NCBI GenBank assembly: GCA_963801355.1
Contig: CAWDEM010000008.1
Coordinates: forward strand, 896,001 to 960,000
Reading direction: 5' to 3'
Length of the DNA stretch: 64,000 nucleotides
Source: Ignavibacteriota bacterium
Lineage (GTDB): Bacteria; Bacteroidota; Ignavibacteria; UBA10030; UBA6906
Within the stretch, counting starts at the first letter, position 1; each line of letters opens with the position of its first letter. This document shows, piece after piece, positions 18,536 through 27,729 of the stretch. The notes below the pieces were generated by a model, which was not told the origin of the DNA, searched no databases, and saw only the letters and a program-made list of their open reading frames with translations. A program made the position numbers and the translations under genes.

Positions 18536-18840
18536 CACCACTTCAGGATATTGATGTCGTCAACGTTCACTGTCTGCTTGTTGCGGTAGAGGGCGATCAC
18601 GATTGCCAGTCCGACGGCAGCTTCGGCAGCCGCCACGGCCATGACGAAAAAGACGAGCGCCTGTCCGGTGATATCCCCGAGGAACGCGGAATAGGCGACC
18701 AGTGTCAGGTTCACCGCATTGAGCATAAGCTCGATGCTCATGAACACCACAATCACGTTCCGGCGCGAAATCACGCCGATCACGCCGATGGCGAAGAGCA
18801 CTGCACTCAATCCCAGGTAGTATGGCAAGGGCACGGACAT
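18535..18840 (-). CDS. nuoK: NADH-quinone oxidoreductase subunit K
   Basis: [32 protein letters not shown]. Confidence 0.97.
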   Translation of the reverse strand: MSVPLPYYLGLSAVLFAIGVIGVISRRNVIVVFMSIELMLNAVNLTLVAYSAFLGDITGQALVFFVMAVAAAEAAVGLAIVIALYRNKQTVNVDDINILKW

Positions 18841-18848
18841 GTGAAGTC

Positions 18849-19364
18849 TCAGGGAGTATGTTTCTTGGCCAGGATAAGAGCGCCGATCACTGCCGCGAAC
18901 AACAGCATTCCTGTCGCCTGCAGCGGCAGCAGGAAGCGGCTAAAGAGCGCGAATCCCATGCTTTCCACGGTTCCGATGGTTGCTGCATCGGGGTGCATGG
19001 GCTGAATGCCGGAAGTCACATGCGTTTCCATGAAGAGGTAGAGCATTTCAAGGGCGAAGGCCAGCACGACACCCGAAGCCATGAGTGTCCGCATGGTGAA
19101 ACGTTCCACCAGTTTTTCCTCGTTGCCCAGATTCAGGAGCATGATCACGAAGACCACGAGCACCATAATTGCGCCCGCATAGACCGCGATCTGCAGCACT
19201 GCGAGCATCTGTGCCCTCAGGAGAAGGTAGAGGCCCGCGAGACAGAAGAAACTCCCGATCAAGCTGACCGCGCTATTGATGGGATTGCGCTGCAGAATCA
19301 TCGCAATAGCGGTCGTGACCGCGGCGGAAGCGAGGAACACGAACACCAACAATTCAGTGATCAC
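18849..19364 (-). CDS. nuoJ: NADH-quinone oxidoreductase subunit J
   Basis: [27 protein letters not shown]. Confidence 0.95.
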   Translation of the reverse strand: MITELLVFVFLASAAVTTAIAMILQRNPINSAVSLIGSFFCLAGLYLLLRAQMLAVLQIAVYAGAIMVLVVFVIMLLNLGNEEKLVERFTMRTLMASGVVLAFALEMLYLFMETHVTSGIQPMHPDAATIGTVESMGFALFSRFLLPLQATGMLLFAAVIGALILAKKHTP

Positions 19365-19408
19365 GCCGGAAACCTTCTGAAAGATGCACTGCGTTGCGTC
19401 AATTTTTT

Positions 19409-19437
19409 ATAGTAAGAGAATTCCTTAAGAGAAGCAA
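19409..19437 (-). promoter_or_regulatory. Predicted sigma70 promoter of nuoJKLM-X-N
   Basis: TTGCTT-17 nt-TACTAT in an AT-rich intergenic stretch. Confidence 0.6.
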
Positions 19438-19522
19438 AACCACGGGGGTCGCTTTGCATCCGCAGTTCGGGCCCGTTGAGCCAGGATATTTGCTCCGGTG
19501 CGCCGGGGATGCATTTCCCCGC

Positions 19523-20029
19523 TCACCGGAAATAGTAGTGAAACCCGAGCTGGGGCAGAGGTAACACCGTCCCGTCACTGAAATAGGTAAAGAGCAATTC
19601 CAGGGTCGCATGGAATCCAGGGCCGGCATAGGCTTCGCCGCCCAGACCGACGCCCATGCGCGACGGGCCGTCCATGTCATTGTGGCCCGACTTCCCGCTA
19701 TAGAAATGCGAACCGCCTGCAGCTGCGAAGAAACGGATGTTACGGGAGCGCGAAAGATCCACCTGGACCTCGCCACCAACGGAGTAGGACATGCGGTCAT
19801 CGACTTTGATGATGCCGCCGACGATCTGATAGCTGAGGATCGACGGCAGATGGTGCCGGAAACTCAGGCCGACCCCGGTGGCCGGGCCACCCGAAAAGCC
19901 CAGACCGAACACATTCCTCGGCAGATCCTGCGCGGCGTCCCGGTCGGGCAGGACGACCTGTGCGGCCAACGGACCCGCGGCCAGGGTCAACGCAACGATC
20001 AGCAACAGTGCGGTTCTCATCGACGTCAT
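19523..20029 (-). CDS. Secreted hypothetical protein, probable small outer-membrane beta-barrel
   Basis: Signal peptide MRTALLLIVALTLAAGPLAA-Q; alternating hydrophobic Gly-rich strands; C-terminal GFHYYFR; ATG at 20029 overlaps the permease stop (ATG at 20020 is an alternative start). Confidence 0.7.
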   Translation of the reverse strand: MTSMRTALLLIVALTLAAGPLAAQVVLPDRDAAQDLPRNVFGLGFSGGPATGVGLSFRHHLPSILSYQIVGGIIKVDDRMSYSVGGEVQVDLSRSRNIRFFAAAGGSHFYSGKSGHNDMDGPSRMGVGLGGEAYAGPGFHATLELLFTYFSDGTVLPLPQLGFHYYFR

Positions 20030-21273
20030 CCGTTCTTGATCCATCGGTAGATTTCCTTGAGTTTCGGACTCTTTCCCGTGGAGAGGATACCGATTCTGAA
20101 GATCCTCCCGGCGGCCACCATGGCCAGGGAAATCGAAACTATCATGACTACGATCGTCAGCAGTATTTCCCAGAGCGCAGGCATCTGGATGGGGATGCGC
20201 AGGGCCATCATGGTCGGCGTGAGAAACGGAATGTATGTCAGAACCTTGATCCATGAGGCATCCGGGTTCTTCATAGCCGGCAACGCAAGAACGATCGGGA
20301 GTATCAGGAAGAGCACAAGGTACGACGTGATCTGCTGGGCTTCCTGCTCGGTGTTCAGCGGCGAGCCCGCAGCGATGAAGATCGCCGCATAGAACAGGTA
20401 CCCAAGAATGAAGTAGATGAGCAGGAGAAACGCATGGCTGAGGTCGACCAATTGGATGCCGAACTGCAACGATCCGGCAACGGCAATAAGGGCCCAGAAT
20501 CCCATCTGCGTCAACCCGAGTCCACTCAGCCCGAGCACCTTCCCGGCCATCAACTCCGTGGGGGAGCAGGAGGAGACCAGCACTTCGACAATCCGGTTGG
20601 ATTTTTCCTCGATCACACTCCGCACGAGCATCTGTCCCGATGTCACGATCAGGAGGAAGAGCATCATCAGGAAGACATACGCAGAAAGGAACACGCGTTC
20701 GAAGCCCGCGTCTTCCCTCTTCCCTTCCTCGGAGATCTTCACCATGCGGACATCCAACTTGGGAGAAAGCTGGCGGATGACGTCGGGATCCAGGCCGAGT
20801 GCCTGCACCCGTTTCTCCGCGACGATGGACTTCAGGTTCTCCTCGATGCGTGCGACGATCGCAAAATCGCCCACGCTCTTCGAACGGTACTCGACCACGG
20901 TATCGCTCCCCCCCTGCGGAACGATGAAATAGCCGTCGATCGCATCCTCGGCGATCCGGCGGTTTGCGTCCTCCACGGCGGCGTGCAGCTCGATACCGCT
21001 GCCGACGGCCAGCGGCAGGACGATGTAGTTCGGCTGCTTGTTTTTCAGGAGGTACCGGCTCTGAAGGCGTTGCGCAAACTCCTCATAGACCTTTCCTGCC
21101 GGATCAATCACCCCGATCACCCGGCTCTCTTCATCCTCCTCCGACACGAACAACGTCGGGAGCACACCCATGCCGATCATGATCAACGGCGTAAAGAGCA
21201 AGCCGAAGAGGAAGATCTTGCTCTTGACTTTCTCCATATATTCCCAGCGGGCGACGGCAAGGATCTTCTTCAT
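20026..21273 (-). CDS. ABC-2 type transporter permease (NatB/YhaP-like)
   Basis: N-terminal TM helix, large periplasmic loop, SVIEEKSNRIVEVLVSS, LMAGKVLG, EQEAQQ, IPFLTPTMM. Confidence 0.92.
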   Translation of the reverse strand: MKKILAVARWEYMEKVKSKIFLFGLLFTPLIMIGMGVLPTLFVSEEDEESRVIGVIDPAGKVYEEFAQRLQSRYLLKNKQPNYIVLPLAVGSGIELHAAVEDANRRIAEDAIDGYFIVPQGGSDTVVEYRSKSVGDFAIVARIEENLKSIVAEKRVQALGLDPDVIRQLSPKLDVRMVKISEEGKREDAGFERVFLSAYVFLMMLFLLIVTSGQMLVRSVIEEKSNRIVEVLVSSCSPTELMAGKVLGLSGLGLTQMGFWALIAVAGSLQFGIQLVDLSHAFLLLIYFILGYLFYAAIFIAAGSPLNTEQEAQQITSYLVLFLILPIVLALPAMKNPDASWIKVLTYIPFLTPTMMALRIPIQMPALWEILLTIVVMIVSISLAMVAAGRIFRIGILSTGKSPKLKEIYRWIKNG

Positions 21274-22193
21274 GCCGCACCCCCCTTCTCCGTTACGGCA
21301 TCATGTGTCGCACCGACAGTGTTCAAAAATATCGCGTGCAGCGACGGCTCGAGCAGTTCCACCTTACGCAATTCCAGGCGGGGGTTGATTGCCGCAATCA
21401 CGTCACGGGGTGTCACGCCGGGGAGCAGCTCCATCTCGGCGCTGTGCTCATATAGCATCACGTTCTGCACGCCGACCAGCGTGGCAAGGAAAGACCCGTC
21501 ACCGTCGAAGTCCATGTGCAGAGAATTCTTACCGTACCGCTTCTTCACCTCGCGCACTGAACCTCCGAGCACCACACGCCCTTTGTTGATGAGACAGAGG
21601 GCGTCGCTCAGGCGTTCCGCCTGGTCCATCTGATGCGTCGAGAAAATGATCGCCTTTCCCTGTTGCTTCAGCTCGAGCAGAATATCCTTGAAGATGTTCT
21701 GGTTCACGGGGTCCAGCCCCGAGAAGGGTTCATCCAGCACAACGAAAGCGGGATCATGCATGACCGCTGCGATGAACTGAACTTTTTGCTGGTTCCCTTT
21801 GGAGAGTTCTTCGACCTTGCGTTGTGCCGACTGTTCCAGGCCGAGACGTTCCAGCCACGACATCACGATCGTTCTGGCCTTCGACCGCTGCATTCCGCGC
21901 AGTTCGGCGAAGTACAGAAGTGTGTCCATGAGCCGGCTCTTCTTGTAGAGGCCGCGTTCTTCGGGAAGATAGCCGAGCATATTGCGGGTGGCTTCGCTGA
22001 ACGCCGCCCCGTCATAAGTGACTGTTCCGCTGTCGGGCTCCAGGATGTGCAATATCATGCGGATCGTGGTCGTCTTTCCGGCTCCGTTCGGTCCCAGGAG
22101 ACCGAAGATCGATCCGCCGGGAACATCGAAGGACACGCCGTCGACCGCCACGACGGTGCTGAATTGCTTTCTCAGCAGTTGAACAGAGAGCAT
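21270..22193 (-). CDS. ABC transporter ATP-binding protein (NatA/YhaQ-like)
   Basis: GPNGAGKTT, GYLPEERGLY, LSKGNQQK, LDEPFSGLDPVN, STH. Confidence 0.94.
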   Translation of the reverse strand: MLSVQLLRKQFSTVVAVDGVSFDVPGGSIFGLLGPNGAGKTTTIRMILHILEPDSGTVTYDGAAFSEATRNMLGYLPEERGLYKKSRLMDTLLYFAELRGMQRSKARTIVMSWLERLGLEQSAQRKVEELSKGNQQKVQFIAAVMHDPAFVVLDEPFSGLDPVNQNIFKDILLELKQQGKAIIFSTHQMDQAERLSDALCLINKGRVVLGGSVREVKKRYGKNSLHMDFDGDGSFLATLVGVQNVMLYEHSAEMELLPGVTPRDVIAAINPRLELRKVELLEPSLHAIFLNTVGATHDAVTEKGGAA

Positions 22194-22215
22194 GCATTCT
22201 CCTTTGGGGGTCGCT

Positions 22216-23511
22216 CTATGGCGTCAAGCGATAGATCATGCGGGGGAACGGGATCGCCTCGCGCAGGTGATCCAGGCCGCAGATCCAGGACACGGTACGC
22301 TCGACGCCCAGCCCGAACCCGGCATGAGGCACACTCCCGAACCGCCGGAGGTCCAGATACCAATCGAAGGCCTCCTGGGGAAGGTTGTGTTCTTTGATGC
22401 GGGCGACGAGTGCATCGTAATCGTCTTCGCGCTGGCTCCCGCCGATAATCTCACCGTATCCTTCCGGGGCAAGCACATCGACAGCGAGTGCGACCCTGGG
22501 GTTGAGCGGATCACGTTTCATGTAGAACGCCTTCACCTCCGAAGGATACCGGTGTACCATGACCGGACGGTCGAACTGTTCGGAGACCACGGTCTCATCG
22601 GTGCCGCCCAGGTCGTTTCCCCACTCGAACGGGATACCCTTCTGATGGAGGATCTCAACGGCCTGATCGTAGGAAATGCGCGGGAACGGCCGGCGCACGC
22701 GTTCAAGCTTCGCAGTGTCCCTCTCCAGTGTTTTGAGCTCTGCACTCCTGTTTTTCAGAACGGTCTGGACGATGTGCTCGAGGAACTCCTCGGCGAGATC
22801 CATATTGTCGTCCAGGTCGTTGAAGGCTACCTCGGGTTCCACCATCCAGAATTCCGTGAGATGGCGGCGCGTCTTGGATTTCTCCGCACGGAATGTCGGC
22901 CCGAACACGTACACCTTCCCGAGAGCCATAGCTCCGGCTTCGCCATAGAGCTGGCCTGACTGGGTGAGGTATGCCTTGCCCAGATCAAAGTAATTGGTTT
23001 CAAACAACGTGGAAGTTCCCTCGCATGCCGCCGGCGTGAAAATCGGCGCGTCCATCAAGACGAAACCCCGGCTGTCGAAGAAGTCGCGGATGGAGCGGAT
23101 CACTTCATGGCGGATGCGCATGATCGCGTGCTGCCGGCTGGACCGGAGCCAGAGATGACGGCGATCCATCAGGAATTCAATCCCGTGCTCCTTCGGCGTG
23201 ATCGGATATTCGTGTGCGATATGGATGATGCGGATATCCGTGACATCCATTTCGAAACCGCCCGGGGCTCGCTGCTCCTGGCGGACCTTGCCGGTCATGG
23301 AGAATGATGATTCCTGTGTGAGCTCGTCAAACCTGTTGAACACCTCTTCCGGCACGGCCGCTTTTGCAAGGACTCCCTGAACAAGGCCGGACCCGTCGCG
23401 CATGACCAGAAAGCGGATCTTGCCGCTGGAGCGTTTATTGTAGAGCCAGCCATACAGGGTGAGAGTTTCGCCGATGTGGTGTGGCAGTTCCTCGATGGTA
23501 ATCCGTTTCAT
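22216..23511 (-). CDS. asnS: Asparagine--tRNA ligase
   Basis: [65 protein letters not shown]; start at MKRITIEEL. Confidence 0.96.
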   Translation of the reverse strand: MKRITIEELPHHIGETLTLYGWLYNKRSSGKIRFLVMRDGSGLVQGVLAKAAVPEEVFNRFDELTQESSFSMTGKVRQEQRAPGGFEMDVTDIRIIHIAHEYPITPKEHGIEFLMDRRHLWLRSSRQHAIMRIRHEVIRSIRDFFDSRGFVLMDAPIFTPAACEGTSTLFETNYFDLGKAYLTQSGQLYGEAGAMALGKVYVFGPTFRAEKSKTRRHLTEFWMVEPEVAFNDLDDNMDLAEEFLEHIVQTVLKNRSAELKTLERDTAKLERVRRPFPRISYDQAVEILHQKGIPFEWGNDLGGTDETVVSEQFDRPVMVHRYPSEVKAFYMKRDPLNPRVALAVDVLAPEGYGEIIGGSQREDDYDALVARIKEHNLPQEAFDWYLDLRRFGSVPHAGFGLGVERTVSWICGLDHLREAIPFPRMIYRLTP

Positions 23512-23558
23512 ACAATCGCCTTTGAACAGAACGGGGGGAAAACGCACAAATCGGGGTA

Positions 23559-23587
23559 AAGATACGCAAATAATCCGACAGGAGCAA
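23559..23587 (-). promoter_or_regulatory. Predicted sigma70 promoter of asnS
   Basis: TTGCTC-17 nt-TATCTT. Confidence 0.6.
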
Positions 23588-23616
23588 TCTGTCGCGGCGG
23601 TCAGGGCTGGGACAGG

Positions 23617-23722
23617 GTGGGACACGGCCGGGGTCAACACTATCGCGGGGGCAGGGTCAATAGTGGGACACGGCCGGGGTCAACACTATCGGGGGGGCAT
23701 GGTCAAAGTGGGACACGGCCGG
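23617..23722. repeat. G-rich tandem repeat, about 46-bp unit, 2.3 copies
   Basis: Units start at 23617, 23663 and 23708: gtgggacacggccggggtcaacactatcg(c/g)gggggca(g/t)ggtcaa. Confidence 0.9.
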
Positions 23723-23767
23723 TGGGTGGACTGGCTCAGGGCTGAGTTGGTGACAGTATGGAGGGTG

Positions 23768-24694
23768 TCAGCTGAGGGCGAGCATTCGTTGAATCGGGAC
23801 GAGGGCGCGCTCCATCAATGCCGGATCGAGGTCTATCTGGGGAGAACGGTCCACCATGCAGCGGTGGAGTTTTTCGAGTGTGTTGAGTTTCATGTACGGG
23901 CAGTTATTACAGGCACAGTTCGCCTCGGGTGGTGCTGGGATGAATTCTTTTGCGGGAGCCGCTTTTTTCATCTGGTGGATGATGCCAGGTTCAGTGGCGA
24001 CGATGAAGCGCCTTCCTATCGAATGGGTGACGTGCCGCAGGAGGGCCGAGGTGGAACCGATAAAAGCCGCACGTGCCAGCACGGGTTCTTCGCATTCAGG
24101 GTGGGCGATGATCTCCGCATCGGGGTTCTCGATCTGGAGAGCCAGGATCTTCTTGATGCTGAATGTCTCATGCACGATGCACGAACCGTTCCAGAGGAGC
24201 ATATCTCTTCCAGTCTTCTTGCTGAGGAACCGTCCGAGGTTTCTGTCCGGGGCAAAAAAGATCGGCTTCTCGGCAGGGATCTGGGAGATGATTTTCTCGG
24301 CATTGCTGGATGTGCAGATGATATCGCTTTCCGCCTTGACTTCTGCGGAGCAGTTGATATAGGTGATCGAGACGTGATCCGGGAATTGCCGTCGCATTTC
24401 GCGGAAAGCGTCGGCAGGGCATCCTTCGGCCAGGGAGCAGCCGGCATTCACGTCAGGTATAAGAACTTGCTTCGTCGGGCTGAGAATCTTGGCGGTTTCA
24501 GCCATAAAATGCACCCCGGCGAAGACGATGACATCAGCACTTGTCGACGCAGCCCGTCGCGACAGATCCAGACTGTCTCCAATGAAGTCCGCTATGTCCT
24601 GGATTTCCGGTTCCTGGTAATAGTGGGCAAGGATCACCGCGTTCATGTCGCGTTTCAACTTCGTGATCTTCGACAGGTATTCGTTGTTTGTCAT
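23768..24694 (-). CDS. nadA: Quinolinate synthase A
   Basis: [49 protein letters not shown]. Confidence 0.96.
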   Translation of the reverse strand: MTNNEYLSKITKLKRDMNAVILAHYYQEPEIQDIADFIGDSLDLSRRAASTSADVIVFAGVHFMAETAKILSPTKQVLIPDVNAGCSLAEGCPADAFREMRRQFPDHVSITYINCSAEVKAESDIICTSSNAEKIISQIPAEKPIFFAPDRNLGRFLSKKTGRDMLLWNGSCIVHETFSIKKILALQIENPDAEIIAHPECEEPVLARAAFIGSTSALLRHVTHSIGRRFIVATEPGIIHQMKKAAPAKEFIPAPPEANCACNNCPYMKLNTLEKLHRCMVDRSPQIDLDPALMERALVPIQRMLALS

Positions 24695-24720
24695 ATTCAA
24701 TCTCAACTATTCCGGGTCAT

Positions 24721-25848
24721 TCAATGCTCCCGGAGCATGCGCCGGGCAGCTTCCAGAACCTCGCTCACGGTAATACTTTCTATGGTCCCCGACCCACCCC
24801 TAATATAACAATTTCTCTCTCCAGGCGGTGCCCACTGCCGCGGATCTGTCGGACCGAAGAGCGACAGCACCGGCGTGCCCACAGCCGCTCCGACATGCAT
24901 GATGCCCGTATCGTTGGACACAAGGAGATCTACCGATGAAAGGATTGAAGCAACCTTCCTAATTGGTTGATTCTCAATAAATTGCACTGGTATAGATAGA
25001 TTCCTCCTGAGATCTTCCACTGGTTCATCGTCCATTGGTCCTTTGACCACAATGATGGCACAGCCGTCGTGCTGGTACAGGCTTTCAATTACCTTTGCGA
25101 AGAAAGCCGCCGGCCAGCGATTGGGTGCCTTCCCGGCGCCTGGATGGAATGCCACCACCCGTTGTGCTCCCGCCCTTATCGAATCAACTGCCGTGCTCCC
25201 ATATGCGATCTCTTCGGGGGACAAGGTGAGCTCCAGCGATTGGTCCGGGACACCCAGGGAGATGTCGCGGCAGGTATCCATGTTCCTGAGGGTCTGATGC
25301 CGTTCAGGCTTGTCCGCCCAAGCCAGGGGGACTGGATGGGTGTACAGGAAGGCAGCCGGGTTTTCTTTTCCTTCCAGCGAACCCGGGCCGATCCGCCACC
25401 GGGCCCCCGAAAGGTATGCCAGAATATCGCTCGTCAACGACATGGAGACAGTCGAAGGAACAATCGCCAGATCGAACCTGCATGCGCGCAGAGAACCGAT
25501 AAACTTCCGCAGCGCCCTGATTCTGATCCATTTGCCCGGGAGAAACTCGCGCTTGTCATACTTGATGACGCCGTCCAGGAGACGGTGGTGGAGCATGACC
25601 TCGTGATTCACGGGACTTGTCATAAGGATAAGCCGGCATTCGGGAAAGCGGCTACGGAGTACTCTGAGGAGGGGGACAACACAGAGCATATCCCCCAGCT
25701 GGTTGTGCTGACGTACCACAAGGATGGAGTGAACCTGTGCCGGGTCGATGGGCGAGCTCTTCCCCGTGCGCACAAGAGCGCGGCCGAGAGCAACCGCCAA
25801 CCGTTTTACTCTGGCTTCACCCGGACGCAGCAAGGAGGAAAACGCCAT
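24721..25848 (-). CDS. Glycosyltransferase family 9 (LPS heptosyltransferase-like)
   Basis: ILVVRQHNQLGDML, HPGAG..NRWP, SNDTGIMHVGAAVGTPVLSLFGPT. Confidence 0.92.
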   Translation of the reverse strand: MAFSSLLRPGEARVKRLAVALGRALVRTGKSSPIDPAQVHSILVVRQHNQLGDMLCVVPLLRVLRSRFPECRLILMTSPVNHEVMLHHRLLDGVIKYDKREFLPGKWIRIRALRKFIGSLRACRFDLAIVPSTVSMSLTSDILAYLSGARWRIGPGSLEGKENPAAFLYTHPVPLAWADKPERHQTLRNMDTCRDISLGVPDQSLELTLSPEEIAYGSTAVDSIRAGAQRVVAFHPGAGKAPNRWPAAFFAKVIESLYQHDGCAIIVVKGPMDDEPVEDLRRNLSIPVQFIENQPIRKVASILSSVDLLVSNDTGIMHVGAAVGTPVLSLFGPTDPRQWAPPGERNCYIRGGSGTIESITVSEVLEAARRMLREH

Positions 25849-25850
25849 CG

Positions 25851-26093
25851 TCAGGACGACTTGGGAGGTTCTTCAGGTGATCGTTCCGGGGGACTCTCGA
25901 GATCCTCAAATTGGGCATCCTGGATGTTCTCCTCCAGGAAGTCATCGGGCGGCCGGGGCGCTGCGGGATCCGGCGGTGTTGCGCCGACATCCTCTTCCGG
26001 GCCGGTGGTGCGCTTGATGTTCATGAACGAACGGAAGATGCGGAAGGCCAGCCAGGCAATCACCGCCAACAGCACCACGCGAAGTATCGACAT
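25851..26093 (-). CDS. Small single-TM membrane protein, unknown function
   Basis: N-terminal TM helix, Pro/acidic linker, IQDAQFEDL tail; fills the gap in the co-oriented gene run. Confidence 0.7.
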   Translation of the reverse strand: MSILRVVLLAVIAWLAFRIFRSFMNIKRTTGPEEDVGATPPDPAAPRPPDDFLEENIQDAQFEDLESPPERSPEEPPKSS

Positions 26094-26104
26094 CTTTTCT
26101 CCTT

Positions 26105-26785
26105 TCAGGGTACCCGCCGCGGGTTGTAGTATTCCACGGGGGCGCGCGTCGGCCTGAAGATCTCACGTACAAGATCCTCGTAGTGCTCCTGGTTCCCCAC
26201 AAAGTCAATCTCCGTCGAATTCACGATCAACAACGGGGTGGCTTTGTACCGGAAGAAGAAGTAGTTGTAGGCCTCTGCAAGGTCCTTTATATAGCGCTCA
26301 CTCATGTACGTTTCGATTGAACGTGCCCGGCTACGGATGTTTTGCATGAGCCGCTCAACATTTGACTGCAGGTACACCACCAGGTCTGGTGTGGCGACGT
26401 TGTGCTCGATGCTCCCGACGAGCGTTTCGTACAGTTTCAGCTCTTCATCCTGAAGATTCAGATATGCAAAAATTTTGTCCTTCTCAAAAATGTAGTCCGT
26501 CACCAGTATCTGCTGGAAGAGGTCTCCCTGGTACAGGTTCCGCTGCTGTTTGTAGCGCGTCAGCAGAAAGAAAATCTGCGTCTGGAAGGCGTAGCGTTCA
26601 GGATCCCGGTAGAAATCCTTCAGAAATGGATTTTCCTCAAACTGTTCGAGCACAACCCGCGCGCCGATTGTTTGTGCAAGCTTCGTCGCCAGCGTGGTCT
26701 TGCCCGCACCGATCACCCCTTCTACCGCGATATGGTGCAGATCGCTGTGTGCCACAAGTTCTTCTATGGTTTCCTGCTTTGCCAC
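26105..26785 (-). CDS. Deoxynucleoside kinase
   Basis: IAVEGVIGAGKTT, ENPFL..FY, AFQTQIFFL..RY, PDLVVYL; folK neighbourhood. Confidence 0.93.
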   Translation of the reverse strand: MAKQETIEELVAHSDLHHIAVEGVIGAGKTTLATKLAQTIGARVVLEQFEENPFLKDFYRDPERYAFQTQIFFLLTRYKQQRNLYQGDLFQQILVTDYIFEKDKIFAYLNLQDEELKLYETLVGSIEHNVATPDLVVYLQSNVERLMQNIRSRARSIETYMSERYIKDLAEAYNYFFFRYKATPLLIVNSTEIDFVGNQEHYEDLVREIFRPTRAPVEYYNPRRVP

Positions 26786-26810
26786 GGGTGGTCCTTACCC
26801 TGGTGAGACC

Positions 26811-27314
26811 CTAGAGGAGGTGGAAAGAAGTCTTGACGACCCGTCCCTGATCGGCACAGGCCGCAGCAAGCTCCGTAATTGTCATCCCGTTCACCGGGTG
26901 GACAACATCCGGTGCAATTTCCCGGAGTGGTACAAGCGCGAAGCGGCGGTGTTCCAGGTCGACGTGAGGCACGGTCACCTGGTCGTCGCTATAGCTCAGC
27001 CCGTCATAGAGCAAAATGTCCAGGTCGATTTCCCGGGGACCCCACCGTTCGTGTGTGGTGCGTCCGAGACTTTCCTCGATCGCTTTCAGTTCCGGGAGCA
27101 GTTCCTGAGGACCGAGCGCGGTGGTCATTTCGGCTGCGGCATTCAGGAATCTCGGTTGATCGGTTTTCCCCCAGGGATCTGCTTCATAGACGGGCGAGAA
27201 CCAGACCACGGATGATTCGCGGAGGGCCCGCAATTCCGCCGCCGCTTTCGTCAGGGATGCGAAGCGGTCACCCACGTTCGCGCCAAGTCCGATGAAGACG
27301 CGGTATGACTTCAT
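26811..27314 (-). CDS. folK: 2-amino-4-hydroxy-6-hydroxymethyldihydropteridine diphosphokinase
   Basis: FIGLGANVGD, QPRFLNA, RWGPREIDLDILLY, VPH..RRFALVPL. Confidence 0.96.
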   Translation of the reverse strand: MKSYRVFIGLGANVGDRFASLTKAAAELRALRESSVVWFSPVYEADPWGKTDQPRFLNAAAEMTTALGPQELLPELKAIEESLGRTTHERWGPREIDLDILLYDGLSYSDDQVTVPHVDLEHRRFALVPLREIAPDVVHPVNGMTITELAAACADQGRVVKTSFHLL

Positions 27315-27715
27315 CGTTGCTCCGTCAGTTCGACTTCCACGTAGTCGATTACGCCGCGGACGGGAGGATGTGGTTTGCGTATTCTCACCGTGACAACCTC
27401 CACATTGAAAAACTCACGCAGAAGTCCGCGGGCAATCACATGCGCGAGCGATTCCAGGAGATGGTACTTTTTCTCGAGCACCGTGGAACGGACAAACGCG
27501 TACACTTTTTCGTAGTCCACCGTCTTCTTCAGCGAATCCGCTTCGGCCGCAGGGAGAAAGTCCCCGTACAAATCCAGATCCAGCTCAAACTTTCCACCCA
27601 GGTTTTGCTCATCGTCCTGCACGCCATGGTAGGCATAGAAGGCCGCATTGCGTAGGCGCACAATTTGCAGCCCGACCACGGCATCCTCAATTTTTCGATC
27701 ATGCAATATAGACAT
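27311..27715 (-). CDS. folB: Dihydroneopterin aldolase
   Basis: FYAYHGV..E..LGGKFELD, TVDYE, LLESLA, KPHPPV; exact start uncertain. Confidence 0.93.
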   Translation of the reverse strand: MSILHDRKIEDAVVGLQIVRLRNAAFYAYHGVQDDEQNLGGKFELDLDLYGDFLPAAEADSLKKTVDYEKVYAFVRSTVLEKKYHLLESLAHVIARGLLREFFNVEVVTVRIRKPHPPVRGVIDYVEVELTEQR

Positions 27716-27729
27716 CGCTACTCCGAGAA

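Noticed and set aside
23617-23722. Possible mini-CRISPR array
   Set aside because: The would-be spacers are near-identical and too short, and there are no cas genes; it is a tandem repeat
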